The translations under genes were made by a program, and so were the position numbers. From IMG/VR virus record IMGVR_UViG_3300032236_001859, positions 1-64,000 of that record: 64,000 nucleotides of DNA; one strand, 5' to 3'. Under the pieces are notes generated by a model. The model made no database searches and had not been told where the DNA came from. It saw only the letters and a program-made list of their open reading frames with translations. Positions 26,490 to 36,371 of the stretch are shown one piece after another (the stretch's first letter is position 1; each line of letters opens with the position of its first letter).

Positions 26490-28486
26490 GACTCCCTCCA
26501 GGTCACCGCGGCGAAGTGGAGGGAGTCGACGTGATGGATCTCGTATTTGCCATCATACGAGTTCAGTTGACCGCCGGCGTCCTCATGGGCGACCTCAAAA
26601 CACCAGTCCAACCAATCCTGGTACTGGTTCTTCTTGAGATCCTCCTTGGGATTCCATTTCTTGGCATGGACTTCATCTTTATCGCCGAGTAAACCACGTG
26701 TCTTTAACCAGCAGGTTTTACCGTAATCAGAGTACCCATTGTTCACGGAATGGGCGGCGACCTCGGTTACCGCCTTGTCCGCTGGGCACTCCTGTGTCGA
26801 CGGCAAGGCAAGCATGGTGTACTTCTCGGGACCACAGCTGAAGGATACCGAGGGGAGAGGATTACCCTCAGTGCCGTCTTCTGACATCTGGCGATGGAAC
26901 CCATCGTTGTCGAGCTCGAAGCCATAACACTTCTTGATATCGAAGCGCATGGCAAGCGCGGGCTCAAAGGCTTGCTGTAACACTGGGTTACTGGCCTTGG
27001 GGAGTTCGTTGGCAATGAACTCCTTGAGCTCCGTGGTATCCCCAGAGAAGTCGTCGTATTCTTTACGCAGGACCTCACAGACCGTGGAGTATGGCAGGAA
27101 ATTGCCATCACGATCACAGAGCAAGTGCATGTGCTCAGGGGGGACGATGAATTGCGACTCCTTAACGGTATCGAGATCCCGGACACTGAACCCTAGCTCA
27201 CCAAATGAACCAATGGTGATATATGGTTTCGCATTGCGGTGGCTGTTGGTACTGCTGAGAATATGCGGCCACCCCACCTTAGACATCCGATAGTATTCCA
27301 TACGCTGGGCTTCACCACCGGAGACTAGGATGCTACCAGGACCCCAGATCTGAAGCAGTTCACGCACGAAATGCACCGCATTTTTATCGGGGTGCTTTCC
27401 AGTTACCAACCCCCACGCATTGGTTTCCAGGTATGTACGGAGGTCACCTGGGCGTGCCAGCTTTTCGTCAAACGTACCCCACCTGATCAGGAGATCAACG
27501 AATGGTGGACACGTGAACTCGTTATTACCCCAGTGGGCGAGCAAGGGGAACATGCTACCCTTGCATGTAACCCGAATCGGCAGCGTTTTCTGAATCGACT
27601 CGATCAGAGACAGAAATTTGGAGTCTTGGATCTCATACCCTTCGATTTCACGGAGCTCGCTGGATTTTCCAGCGTACTCAGACATGGTGCGGATAATCAA
27701 TTTCTTGATAGCCTCTATGGCTTCATCCCACTTCAGTCTTCCCGTGTCCTCCTTCTTGTACTGGAGGTTGGCAATGATGCCCTCTATCACCGCCTTCTTG
27801 GGTCTGCTGTAATCAACCTTGTCGGCGTACTTGATATAGTTCTCGATTTCAGAGTAGACGCGCCGAGTATCAACCCCGCCCATGCCCCCTGGGGGTACCA
27901 CGAAGAGATCGGCGTGGGCACAGAACAAATCGAAGGAGCCCAACATCGCCTTGGTCAAGAAAACGGCGAGATGGTCGGTATCCCCGATCTCCCACTTAAA
28001 GGCTTTGCGCTCGCAATACTGCTCCCAACGCGATCTCCCCAGCTGCCCCAGCTTATATGCCAAATAGGGGTTCATCGCGAAAGTAACCCATGGGGGTTGC
28101 CCCTGCATGGCCAGCATGGTAGACGTCGCCGAATGCGTGATGCCGCCTACACCTGCGGCTGCCTTGGAGAACTCGAGATCCGAGAACTTGTGAACCAAGG
28201 ATTGAGAGACCTCACGATAGAACAACCGATTACACCGGATCCCGGGGTTCTGTTTGGGAGTCGGCGAGATCTCCCCCTCAACCCATGCGGGGACCTCGAT
28301 GGGGAGCGCGTACAGGGATAACGGAATGTTGATGGTGCGGGGTTCTCCATCATCGCTGGGGAACCCTGCGGGGGCCGAGATGATCGCGAAATCATCCCAT
28401 GAAAAAGCCGCACGGTTTCGTGCGGCTTCGGCTTGGAGATTGGCGAAGCGGGTGCACCCGACTTCGAGGACATTGATAGGATCCAT
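26486..28486 (-). CDS. hypothetical protein (666 aa)
   Basis: Long ORF, AAAGGT RBS; no motif recognised. Confidence 0.85.
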   Translation of the reverse strand: MDPINVLEVGCTRFANLQAEAARNRAAFSWDDFAIISAPAGFPSDDGEPRTINIPLSLYALPIEVPAWVEGEISPTPKQNPGIRCNRLFYREVSQSLVHKFSDLEFSKAAAGVGGITHSATSTMLAMQGQPPWVTFAMNPYLAYKLGQLGRSRWEQYCERKAFKWEIGDTDHLAVFLTKAMLGSFDLFCAHADLFVVPPGGMGGVDTRRVYSEIENYIKYADKVDYSRPKKAVIEGIIANLQYKKEDTGRLKWDEAIEAIKKLIIRTMSEYAGKSSELREIEGYEIQDSKFLSLIESIQKTLPIRVTCKGSMFPLLAHWGNNEFTCPPFVDLLIRWGTFDEKLARPGDLRTYLETNAWGLVTGKHPDKNAVHFVRELLQIWGPGSILVSGGEAQRMEYYRMSKVGWPHILSSTNSHRNAKPYITIGSFGELGFSVRDLDTVKESQFIVPPEHMHLLCDRDGNFLPYSTVCEVLRKEYDDFSGDTTELKEFIANELPKASNPVLQQAFEPALAMRFDIKKCYGFELDNDGFHRQMSEDGTEGNPLPSVSFSCGPEKYTMLALPSTQECPADKAVTEVAAHSVNNGYSDYGKTCWLKTRGLLGDKDEVHAKKWNPKEDLKKNQYQDWLDWCFEVAHEDAGGQLNSYDGKYEIHHVDSLHFAAVTWRES

Positions 28487-28496
28487 GAATTACCTT

Positions 28497-29330
28497 TCAG
28501 AACGGAGGAGAGTTGTCGTCGATGCGGGACCAGAAATCATTGAACACTCGGGGTGCAGCGCCATCACGGTGCCGTGTCTTAATCACGGATTCCACAAATC
28601 TGCGGTAGACCTCGTCCGAGATCTGGATACCTTTGACCTGGGTGAGCACCCTGAACAAGAGACCAGTGGTGTTCAGACAATCACAGAGACAGTAATCGAT
28701 GACATCATCGGTGCGACCGGCCTTGATGAGGTCGGCGACCTGGGAGCCATCACAATCAAGTTTTCCTGGTAACCCGACGAGGCGAGACCAGAAGTTGAGG
28801 TCACCTCCAGAACGTGATTTCCCGGAAAGGAAGACACTGAGGTCCAAGTGATGCTCATTGGAGCTATACGAACTCCGGGGGTCATCCCAGGGCTTCAATG
28901 CAAGGCCACGAAACCACCAGGGCACCGGTATATTGTGCTTGAGGGCCTGGGCCTCCATCAAGGGGAGGTCGAAGTTGTGGCCACCAAAGGTGACCAGGGT
29001 ACGACATCCCAGGGAGTTCACGGCACCGACAACTGAAGCCCAGAAGGCCTCAGTAAAGGAGCGAGCGAAGACATTGGCAATGGTTTGAACCCCAAGCAAA
29101 CGGAGGTCCTCGGAGATCGCGAGCATGCAGGCGACCACTGGGGTCTGGAGTCTGGCGGGATAGAAACAGTTTTCGGTCTCCTTGCAGATCTTGTCTTCCA
29201 CCCTGGCCAAGCAGGCCTCGTAGTTCTCGGCTACCAGTCCACCGGTCTTGGCATCCCTGGTGTAGCCATGGTTGGTTTGGTAAACGATGTTGTCGTGTCT
29301 GACACTTTCGATATCAAGTACCAGGTACAT
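28497..29330 (-). CDS. PolB-type 3'-5' exonuclease-like protein
   Basis: ExoI LDIES, ExoII TFGGHNFDLP, ExoIII YCLCDC; GGAG RBS before ATG 29330. Confidence 0.88.
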   Translation of the reverse strand: MYLVLDIESVRHDNIVYQTNHGYTRDAKTGGLVAENYEACLARVEDKICKETENCFYPARLQTPVVACMLAISEDLRLLGVQTIANVFARSFTEAFWASVVGAVNSLGCRTLVTFGGHNFDLPLMEAQALKHNIPVPWWFRGLALKPWDDPRSSYSSNEHHLDLSVFLSGKSRSGGDLNFWSRLVGLPGKLDCDGSQVADLIKAGRTDDVIDYCLCDCLNTTGLLFRVLTQVKGIQISDEVYRRFVESVIKTRHRDGAAPRVFNDFWSRIDDNSPPF

Positions 29331-29949
29331 CGGTGGGCTCCGCGTAAACATTGTAGAGGTGGACAACGCCGCCGTCATGGACGACATGCGGGGACATCTG
29401 TAGGTTCGCCCAGCGCTCCGATTTCTCGGCCTCCTCCTTGTCCTTGTAGGGGCGAGAAGAGATCACACCGTCGACGCAGATGACCACTGCGGTGCGTGGC
29501 AATGGGGCATTGGGATCATAACCCGAGATGTCGGGGGTGGCATCGGAGCGCCCCGTGGGGGCGACGACATCGTCTTCCTGAGCGATACCCTCACGGAGCC
29601 GTCTGGACTCAATCTGAGCCAGCGCGGCTGTCTTGATCTCACCAAGAGTGATGTCACACCCCCGCTTGACGACCCCGAATCCTCCGAGATGGAGGAGCTT
29701 GGCGATCACTGGGGTCACCGCATCGGATACCGGATGTCCTCCATTGGGGTCTGCGGGGGCCACTGCGTAGATCATACCATCGAAGATCGGGACGGGGTCC
29801 ACGGAGGATGAGACCACAGTGGCGATCTGGTTGGTGCGCAGGCAGTGTGCCAGGAACTTCTCGGCACCCCCGGGGGAGATGACCACGTAGGCATTGGACA
29901 TCTCGATCCAGTTGAAGTAGAACTTCCTGAACTCGTCGAACACGCTCAT
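29314..29949 (-). CDS. hypothetical protein (211 aa)
   Basis: ATGA overlap with ruvB stop. Confidence 0.75.
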   Translation of the reverse strand: MSVFDEFRKFYFNWIEMSNAYVVISPGGAEKFLAHCLRTNQIATVVSSSVDPVPIFDGMIYAVAPADPNGGHPVSDAVTPVIAKLLHLGGFGVVKRGCDITLGEIKTAALAQIESRRLREGIAQEDDVVAPTGRSDATPDISGYDPNAPLPRTAVVICVDGVISSRPYKDKEEAEKSERWANLQMSPHVVHDGGVVHLYNVYAEPTDVPGT

Positions 29950-30914
29950 TGCTTTCCAATCTTGCCGAGGATCTCGGCACCTCCAGTGGTGAGCTTGCGG
30001 CCTTGGCGGCCGCGTTCAATGAAACCCTGCTGGAGTAACCAGGGCTCATAGGTGTCTTCAATGGTGCGCTCTTCTTCGTCGAGAGCCGCGGATAAGGTCT
30101 TCAACCCCGTGATCCCATTGGTGGCCAGGATCTCGAGGATCCTGACTTCCATCTTGCCGAGACCATGAGTGTAGCCGAGGCGATCCAGGGTGCGCTGTAC
30201 GGTACCCGTGGTGATCCCCCCGGTCTCCGAGATCGAGGATCCAAAGTAGGTATCGAAGACGGCCTCGATGAGGCGCCCCGCGAATCTACCGGTGCCATGA
30301 CATGGCTTCACGAGGAGCCCGATGGCAGCGGGATCCCAGGAGATCTCCTTGATGTCCTCGGACTCCCCATGATAGGCATCAACGGTCCACTTGAGGACCT
30401 CAAGCATGGAGACGTCATCGTAGAGCTCGAGACGGATGTGATGCTTGAAGCGATCACGCATGGGCTCCGGGATCAAGCCCTCACGAGTCGTCGCCCCTGC
30501 CACAGTATAATCGGCGACGTCGAGGGTGATCATGGGTTGGTTCTCACCCATGGATACTGTGACCTTCTGGTCTTCCATGACATGGTAGAGATACTCGGAG
30601 ACCTCGCCAGGCAGTGCATGGATTTCATCCAGGAACAGCAGACCCCCTGGGGGAATCGTGGTCAACGTGGGCAGTATATCCGTGGGCTTCTCGACTGCGG
30701 TGCAGTTGAGAACTGTAACACTCTCAGGCCTCAGCCCGAGTTCATGGGGGACCACGTGAGCCGCCAGGGTGGTCTTACCCACGCCCGGTGGGCCCACGAT
30801 GAGGAAATGTGCGAATCTCTTCGATCTGCGTTTCGCGGCGCGGACGGCAACAGCGAGTTGCTCGACGGCATCAGTTTGGCCGTGGAACGCTTGGAAACTG
30901 TTCGGACGGGGCAT
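29946..30914 (-). CDS. ruvB: Holliday junction branch-migration ATPase RuvB
   Basis: FHGQ, GPPGVGKTT, LFLDEIH, YHVMED, GATTREG, MRDRF, YEPWLLQQGFIERGRQGR (winged-helix domain). Confidence 0.95.
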   Translation of the reverse strand: MPRPNSFQAFHGQTDAVEQLAVAVRAAKRRSKRFAHFLIVGPPGVGKTTLAAHVVPHELGLRPESVTVLNCTAVEKPTDILPTLTTIPPGGLLFLDEIHALPGEVSEYLYHVMEDQKVTVSMGENQPMITLDVADYTVAGATTREGLIPEPMRDRFKHHIRLELYDDVSMLEVLKWTVDAYHGESEDIKEISWDPAAIGLLVKPCHGTGRFAGRLIEAVFDTYFGSSISETGGITTGTVQRTLDRLGYTHGLGKMEVRILEILATNGITGLKTLSAALDEEERTIEDTYEPWLLQQGFIERGRQGRKLTTGGAEILGKIGKQ

Positions 30915-31422
30915 AACGTGCCTCCAATAAGGTTAGTATAATTATTTCTTCATCCCCCCTTCTCTGCGAGTAATCGCACTTAAAACAGGATGGCTTGTCA
31001 TCCTGTATAACTGCCTGTCTCGTAAGAGCATCTGACATTGGCTTGAGGCCACCCACGTAATTCCCGTAATCCATCTCTCTGGAGTTACCGGTGTAGACGC
31101 GCTCAACGGACCAATGCGACCACGGCAGCATGAGGCCACGCAATGGTGCGATGAAGGGTACTATCCCGGAATACCACTTGTTGCGGTATGTAGAGTAGAT
31201 TCTCCAGTGTGCGTACTGTGACTTATTCTGGCTCTCGACACGGATCGGAACACGTATCACAAACGGGAGCACTGGCTCCACTATTTGCTGTGGGATCTGA
31301 TTGGGCGATTTGGTCGGGGCGACTGCGGACTTCTTCCGCGAGCACGACTTTACATGTGCCTTGATCGTGGTGAGATCACCGCTGATCGTTTCCCCGCACC
31401 CCGGGCATCTCGTGCTTGTCAT
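30871..31422 (-). CDS. RusA-like Holliday junction resolvase with N-terminal Zn-finger-like motif
   Basis: REMDYGNYVGGLKPMSDALTRQAVIQDD resembles RusA D-x-D-N...K...DAL...DD with the second Asp replaced by Gly; N-terminal CPGC...HVKSC. Confidence 0.65.
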   Translation of the reverse strand: MTSTRCPGCGETISGDLTTIKAHVKSCSRKKSAVAPTKSPNQIPQQIVEPVLPFVIRVPIRVESQNKSQYAHWRIYSTYRNKWYSGIVPFIAPLRGLMLPWSHWSVERVYTGNSREMDYGNYVGGLKPMSDALTRQAVIQDDKPSCFKCDYSQRRGDEEIIILTLLEARYAPSEQFPSVPRPN

Positions 31423-31870
31423 AAAACGACCTCACGGAGGCATGAAACCTGGCCAGGTTGAAAACCGTGAGCACGAAGGGCTGCCCGCCAGGATCCTTGA
31501 CTTCCTTCAAAGATGTTGTGTTGAGAAACCGTAATCCATGCGGGGTAGTCAACACCATGGTGACGCCGTCAAAAACAGAAACACTGTCTGCGGCGATGTT
31601 CTCAGCGGAGTGCTTGGCGACCTCGGAAATAAACGCCATTCTGGCGGCTTCGGGAATACCAGATCTCGACAAAAAAGCGGAGACTACCGAAATAGTCACC
31701 GCTTCGACTTGACCAAGACTGGGGTTCAGCATCCCGATCAGAGATAGCGTGGAACGTATGTAGCCAACACCGTGGGCGTCGATCCCAAAAGATGACGCCA
31801 CGGCTTCGATGACGTCAGACTCAGATCGAACGCGTGAGTTTGATATCTCTCTCGTAGGCGACGACGACAT
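31376..31870 (-). CDS. hypothetical protein, start uncertain
   Basis: Protein-like region 31376-31820; no clear RBS/start next to the upstream stop. Confidence 0.55.
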   Translation of the reverse strand: MSSSPTREISNSRVRSESDVIEAVASSFGIDAHGVGYIRSTLSLIGMLNPSLGQVEAVTISVVSAFLSRSGIPEAARMAFISEVAKHSAENIAADSVSVFDGVTMVLTTPHGLRFLNTTSLKEVKDPGGQPFVLTVFNLARFHASVRSFYDKHEMPGVRGNDQR

Positions 31871-32144
31871 CGACACCATCCTTGTCCTTGACCTTGATTG
31901 GGTAGGTATGACCGTTGTCCATCCCATAATTGGTGATGCCCAGTTCCGCCTTCTTCTCTTCGACATCATTGCGGAAGCCGGGGGAGGACAGATAGGTGAT
32001 CACCCCAGAGATTTCCTTGGGGTCGTTAATAGCCACCCGAGCGATGATGTGCGTTTTGTCCAAACCCTTGGTAGAGGTGAACTCGGCGCCATCACTGGTG
32101 TGAAATGTGACCGGGTACTTTTTGATTCCGAACGCTTGAATCAC
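31821..32144 (-). CDS. hypothetical protein (107 aa)
   Basis: GTG start with AAGGAG RBS. Confidence 0.75.
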   Translation of the reverse strand: MIQAFGIKKYPVTFHTSDGAEFTSTKGLDKTHIIARVAINDPKEISGVITYLSSPGFRNDVEEKKAELGITNYGMDNGHTYPIKVKDKDGVDVVVAYERDIKLTRSI

Positions 32145-32169
32145 GATAGGCTCCTTGCTGGGGTTGACC

Positions 32170-32199
32170 TATAGTGAATCCCGTCGGTGTGGAGTCAAG
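32170..32199 (-). promoter_or_regulatory. possible sigma70-like promoter
   Basis: TTGACT-N16-CACTAT in an intergenic gap; shares AGTCAAGTCCCC with the 13.87-kb site. Confidence 0.4.
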
Positions 32200-32210
32200 T
32201 CCCCGTGGGT

Positions 32211-32855
32211 TCAGGCGTCGTGCATGAACCCAGCGTTATCAAGGACCTCGGCAACGAATCGTGCGGCATAGCAGTCGTCCAAAGCGGTGTGTCGCGCCCA
32301 GGTTTCACCGGTGATGCCTTGGTAGTTGAGCTCCTCACAGGCCGCGCCCAACTTGGCCATACCCTTGCCGACCTGGGTGACCAACTTCACCTTCTTGAGC
32401 CATCGCGTGAATGCAACACAGGGATCCCGCCACTCGGGGAGACAGGCGTCGTGGATCTCAGGGATGAGATCTTTGCACCATGACTTGTCAAACCCCTTGT
32501 TATATGCGATACCCGTGAAGCCCTGTCGACCCGCAAGCCACGCCTTGATGTCAGCGCGGACTTCCTGAAGGCTCACCAGGGGTGACACCACGTTCTCGAT
32601 GTCGGCTGGGGTCGGGACTCGACCCCCGAAGTCACCCCAGAGTTCTGGGCGGTACCCATTGATTGCAGCGGCATCCGGCGAGATCTTCTTGCCGGGCTCG
32701 GGTAAGATGTAACTCTGAAAGGAGTCAGTGATCTTGTAATCGTGGTCGACGAGGAGCACCGCGATCTCGATGAGGGCATCATCGACCCGGCTGAAACCAC
32801 CGGTTTCTATATCCACGATGGCTGCCTTGGCGCCTGGTTGTAGTAAGCGAATCAT
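32211..32855 (-). CDS. DEDDh (DnaQ-like) 3'-5' exonuclease
   Basis: VDIETGG, AYNKGFD, RHTALDD. Confidence 0.9.
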   Translation of the reverse strand: MIRLLQPGAKAAIVDIETGGFSRVDDALIEIAVLLVDHDYKITDSFQSYILPEPGKKISPDAAAINGYRPELWGDFGGRVPTPADIENVVSPLVSLQEVRADIKAWLAGRQGFTGIAYNKGFDKSWCKDLIPEIHDACLPEWRDPCVAFTRWLKKVKLVTQVGKGMAKLGAACEELNYQGITGETWARHTALDDCYAARFVAEVLDNAGFMHDA

Positions 32856-33499
32856 ACGTCTTCCTCTCCTACGATGATGTGATCCTTGGGTTCATTGAGA
32901 TGCCAGCCCCCACAGTCTTCACCAGAGGGGCCGCGGCGATGTATCGTGCCCACGCTGTTGCCATCACTAAGTGAGATCTCGCGATCTACCATTGGCGACC
33001 GGATAACAGCGATGATGCTCTCAGCCTTGGCGGTGACACGCAACGCGGAATCCCGGAGGTGGTCATCCAGTAACTCGGCCGAGCACAGGTTGAACTCGAC
33101 TTCTGATTTGATGATCCTGTCTGCACCCACTTGGCGCATGACCACGAATACCTTACCAGAGGCTACCCGTAGGACTTCAGTGATCAGCGGGGTCTCGAAC
33201 TCAGCCGACCAGACGACATCGAGGTCTTTGGGATGCCAAGTCGTCTGATTACGCAGTGCTGAATAGTCAGACTGCATCTGAGTCCACCATGGCGTCAAAT
33301 TGTTGTCCATTGTCATCGCAAACTCAAGACTGAGCTGCGCAGGGCGAGACAAGCTGGGGAATACCTCGGGAAGAAAAAACGGAGAATCAACCGTACACTT
33401 GGCGAGTACCCTGGCGATGTCGTTGTGGTCACCCTCGATGTCGAGGGGGTCATTCCCCTTCCGACGAAGTTCGTTGTTCTGGAGGAATAGTTTGCCCAT
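32852..33499 (-). CDS. hypothetical protein (215 aa)
   Basis: GAGGA RBS; ATGA overlap. Confidence 0.75.
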   Translation of the reverse strand: MGKLFLQNNELRRKGNDPLDIEGDHNDIARVLAKCTVDSPFFLPEVFPSLSRPAQLSLEFAMTMDNNLTPWWTQMQSDYSALRNQTTWHPKDLDVVWSAEFETPLITEVLRVASGKVFVVMRQVGADRIIKSEVEFNLCSAELLDDHLRDSALRVTAKAESIIAVIRSPMVDREISLSDGNSVGTIHRRGPSGEDCGGWHLNEPKDHIIVGEEDV

Positions 33500-33857
33500 A
33501 AAGTGATAATCCTCTGGGGTCCTCGAGACTCGAGGACACCGGTAAAGTTTGAGAGTCCGCGGTGAGGGATCCCTTGGATCCGATTATCAGGAGGTCTTCG
33601 TGTTCAATGGGGACCAGGTGTCCTCTGACAACACGAACCACGTTTTCCCCTCTGAGGTGAGATGCCAGGGCACGATGACCATCGGGATCATCTGTGAAGT
33701 CATAGCACCGGGCACCCCGTGGGGAGGTCGTAAACGCGAATAGCCGGGGTGGGGTCTCCACCGGTGGTAACTCGACACGTGCCCCCCTGGAGCCGAACTC
33801 CATTGAGCGTGGGGCACGCTGAAGCCTGAGATGATCAAACCCGAACAACCTGGCCAT
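33450..33857 (-). CDS. hypothetical protein
   Basis: ORF track 33450..33866; AAGGA spacing favours ATG 33857. Confidence 0.55.
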   Translation of the reverse strand: MARLFGFDHLRLQRAPRSMEFGSRGARVELPPVETPPRLFAFTTSPRGARCYDFTDDPDGHRALASHLRGENVVRVVRGHLVPIEHEDLLIIGSKGSLTADSQTLPVSSSLEDPRGLSLYGQTIPPEQRTSSEGE

Positions 33858-33874
33858 CACGGACATCCTTGCGG

Positions 33875-34633
33875 TTACACCGCGTATTGCTTGGTCTCGG
33901 CATCACTGACATGGGTGGCCCCGAAAACGGGAGCGGAGAGCCCCAAGTTCGGAGGAGCCATCACAACGATTCCACGGGATGTCTTGAGATTGAGGGGTAA
34001 CGCGAAATGGACATCAACAGCGGTATTGGGCTGTATAAACGGATCCGCGATCTTGAGGGTAACCCAGTCAAGCCGCCACACGGTTTCACCGGGAACAAAG
34101 ATGTCATCCGATGCCCCGGGATCCGTCTTGAATCGATACGAAGCAACGAAGTCACGGAACTTCGAGGAATACGCATGAGGGATCCCCAGGATCTGGTGCG
34201 AGATCTCTGAGCGGGAAAATAGGGTGCCCCCGTGAATAACGGCAATGGGCTTCATGCCCCGATGTGACTTAATGGGAACCTCGAGTTTGCCTGCGGACAG
34301 GAAGACATCGAAGAGTCTCCGGGGGTTCCCGTTGTAGAGATTCCGGATGAACCCATAGGGGAGGCCAAGGAAGAACCAGGAGAACTCGGGGTCGAGGCCT
34401 GATGGTGTCGTGAACCCAGGATCCCCGCCTTGGATCTCCAGTGTGGTATGGTGCACGGGGACCCCCTCGGGGTCCTCGTGATGCTTGAGCAACTTGCCCA
34501 GGGACTCCGCGGACTCCTTGGGGTCGACATGGAATCCGATCGCACTGGGGTCAACCACAGTCGCCGGAATCCCCGCATCTTTCATCTTCTTCACGTAGCC
34601 GTCGAGTCGGCTACCTTCGTTGACGCCAGACAT
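33875..34633 (-). CDS. hypothetical protein (252 aa)
   Basis: GAGG RBS; tiling. Confidence 0.75.
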   Translation of the reverse strand: MSGVNEGSRLDGYVKKMKDAGIPATVVDPSAIGFHVDPKESAESLGKLLKHHEDPEGVPVHHTTLEIQGGDPGFTTPSGLDPEFSWFFLGLPYGFIRNLYNGNPRRLFDVFLSAGKLEVPIKSHRGMKPIAVIHGGTLFSRSEISHQILGIPHAYSSKFRDFVASYRFKTDPGASDDIFVPGETVWRLDWVTLKIADPFIQPNTAVDVHFALPLNLKTSRGIVVMAPPNLGLSAPVFGATHVSDAETKQYAV

Positions 34634-35367
34634 TCGTGCCTCGCTTTACTGCATGCGTTGCAATCCCAATCGAAGTCATGTTCGCAAATGGGATCAACTG
34701 GGGTTGGTGTAATCGTGAACCTGAGACGCCTACGCAGGATCTCTTTGTTTCTCTTTTGCATCCACGGCGGCACCCCCCACTCCACGAAATTGAGCATGGC
34801 GCCGTCGGCATCGGGGACAAGGTATCCCCATAGCCAGAGCCATGTGAGTACCCAGGGTTCATGGGGGTAGGCGAGACGCCTCGAGCACCCCATCTGGTAG
34901 GCCAAGAAAGCCAACCAGGACTCGGGTACCTTCTTGCTTAGGACGTGGCCGGCGGGGTGGCCGCCCATGGCGAGGAGATCAAGTTTGATCCCCCTCTCAT
35001 TGTTACGCCACGCACAAGAGGTCAGCCCCTGGATCTCCAGGGGCACCCACTCGGATCTCACAGGCTGCGTGTAAAGCAGCAGGGGACCCTTGTCGAGCTC
35101 ATCGCGCCTCGCCGCGATCTGCATGGCCAGGATGTCAGCGAATGCCAGGGTAACCTCGGTGCCCTCGTATTGCAGGAACGTGAATACGAGGGACTCAAAT
35201 GGCATGTCGCCATCGGTTACCGAGTTGAGCTCATGCGCAAACCTCTTGGCGAGGTCGGATGTTATGGTTTCCCCGACGTAGAGTCGGAGGACGCAGAGAA
35301 TCCAGTCCCGTGTCGAAAACACGGGGTCGAGTTTCCTCGATGGCGGTTTCCCTACACCATCGCTCAT
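34591..35367 (-). CDS. hypothetical protein (258 aa), C-terminal Cys cluster
   Basis: ATGA overlap; CEH...CNAC...HEC. Confidence 0.75.
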   Translation of the reverse strand: MSDGVGKPPSRKLDPVFSTRDWILCVLRLYVGETITSDLAKRFAHELNSVTDGDMPFESLVFTFLQYEGTEVTLAFADILAMQIAARRDELDKGPLLLYTQPVRSEWVPLEIQGLTSCAWRNNERGIKLDLLAMGGHPAGHVLSKKVPESWLAFLAYQMGCSRRLAYPHEPWVLTWLWLWGYLVPDADGAMLNFVEWGVPPWMQKRNKEILRRRLRFTITPTPVDPICEHDFDWDCNACSKARHECLASTKVADSTAT

Positions 35368-36371
35368 TTGAACTTACCGCGCTTCTTCTTGGCAGCCTTG
35401 GCAGCCGCGGTGGGTTCCGCGAACTCCTTGGCACCATCACTGAGCATGCAGGACTTCAACAATGGCTTGATCTGCTCGATATACTTCTCGGTGTCCTCGC
35501 AGCACGCCTTGAGTTCCTCACAAGCCGCCGCCCAGTTCTTGGCGGCCACCGGGGAATCGAAACCCACCTTGGGGACCTCCTTGAGGGCAACCGCGGCATC
35601 GGCGACAGCGGCGACCACGGAGGTCAGCGCCTTGGAGAGCCGTTTGACTCCTGGCAGCGGTGACTTCGAGTAATCGGGGGCCTTGGGGGCCGCACCGACT
35701 CCAGGCTTACCATCCCGTTTGGGGGCCTCGCCTGCCTTGGATTCCGGGATCTCAACGAAGTTGCCGTCACCATCAGTGTAGCCATTCGCCTTGGCGGCTT
35801 CAGCCTTGGACTGCGGGGCCAGGGCCTCATCGGCCTTGTTCTTGGCATCCTTACCCGTGAGTTCCTTGACCTTGGTGCCGAGATCCCGGGTGGTCATGAC
35901 ATCCTTGGTCGCGGGATCCACGAGATCCAGGAACACTTTCTCACGGATGTCAGGGCTCAGGGGCAACAGGAGGCGGGCGTGTTCAACACTGTAACCCCGT
36001 GCGGAGAGATCCTTGATCTGGGCCTCACTGAGTTCTTTGAAGACGTGACGGCAGTGGTACAGGCTGCTGCGGGCACTTAGCGAGCACCCCCGGGCCTTGA
36101 GCTGCTCACTGAGCTCATCAATGCTGTGGGTGCCATAGCGGCCAGAGTTCTTTTTCTCGGCCTCGATGAGGAAGTCGTCGACAAGACGCCCCATCGACCA
36201 CATGGCATGGATGGCCCCGGCTTGACCTTGCCGGAAGGTCTGGACGAGATCGGTGACAAGTTTGGTGAACGCGGAGTTCGCTGAACTCGCGGAGACCGCA
36301 GTAGGGGCACCTTTGATGGCTTCCTTGGCGCGGTCAATCATGGATTGCTTGGGTGGAACTTTACTGCTCAT
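35364..36371 (-). CDS. DUF1016_N (YhcG-N)/ParB-HTH-like DNA-binding protein with charged tail
   Basis: MWSMGRLV...YGTHSIDELSEQL...SLYHCRHVF and SVEHARLLL...MTTRDL patterns. Confidence 0.6.
   Translation of the reverse strand: MSSKVPPKQSMIDRAKEAIKGAPTAVSASSANSAFTKLVTDLVQTFRQGQAGAIHAMWSMGRLVDDFLIEAEKKNSGRYGTHSIDELSEQLKARGCSLSARSSLYHCRHVFKELSEAQIKDLSARGYSVEHARLLLPLSPDIREKVFLDLVDPATKDVMTTRDLGTKVKELTGKDAKNKADEALAPQSKAEAAKANGYTDGDGNFVEIPESKAGEAPKRDGKPGVGAAPKAPDYSKSPLPGVKRLSKALTSVVAAVADAAVALKEVPKVGFDSPVAAKNWAAACEELKACCEDTEKYIEQIKPLLKSCMLSDGAKEFAEPTAAAKAAKKKRGKFK

Noticed and set aside
31376-32144. Programmed frameshift joining 31821..32144 to 31376..31820
   Set aside because: The downstream ORF lacks a clear start, but I saw no convincing slippery heptamer plus stimulatory structure.
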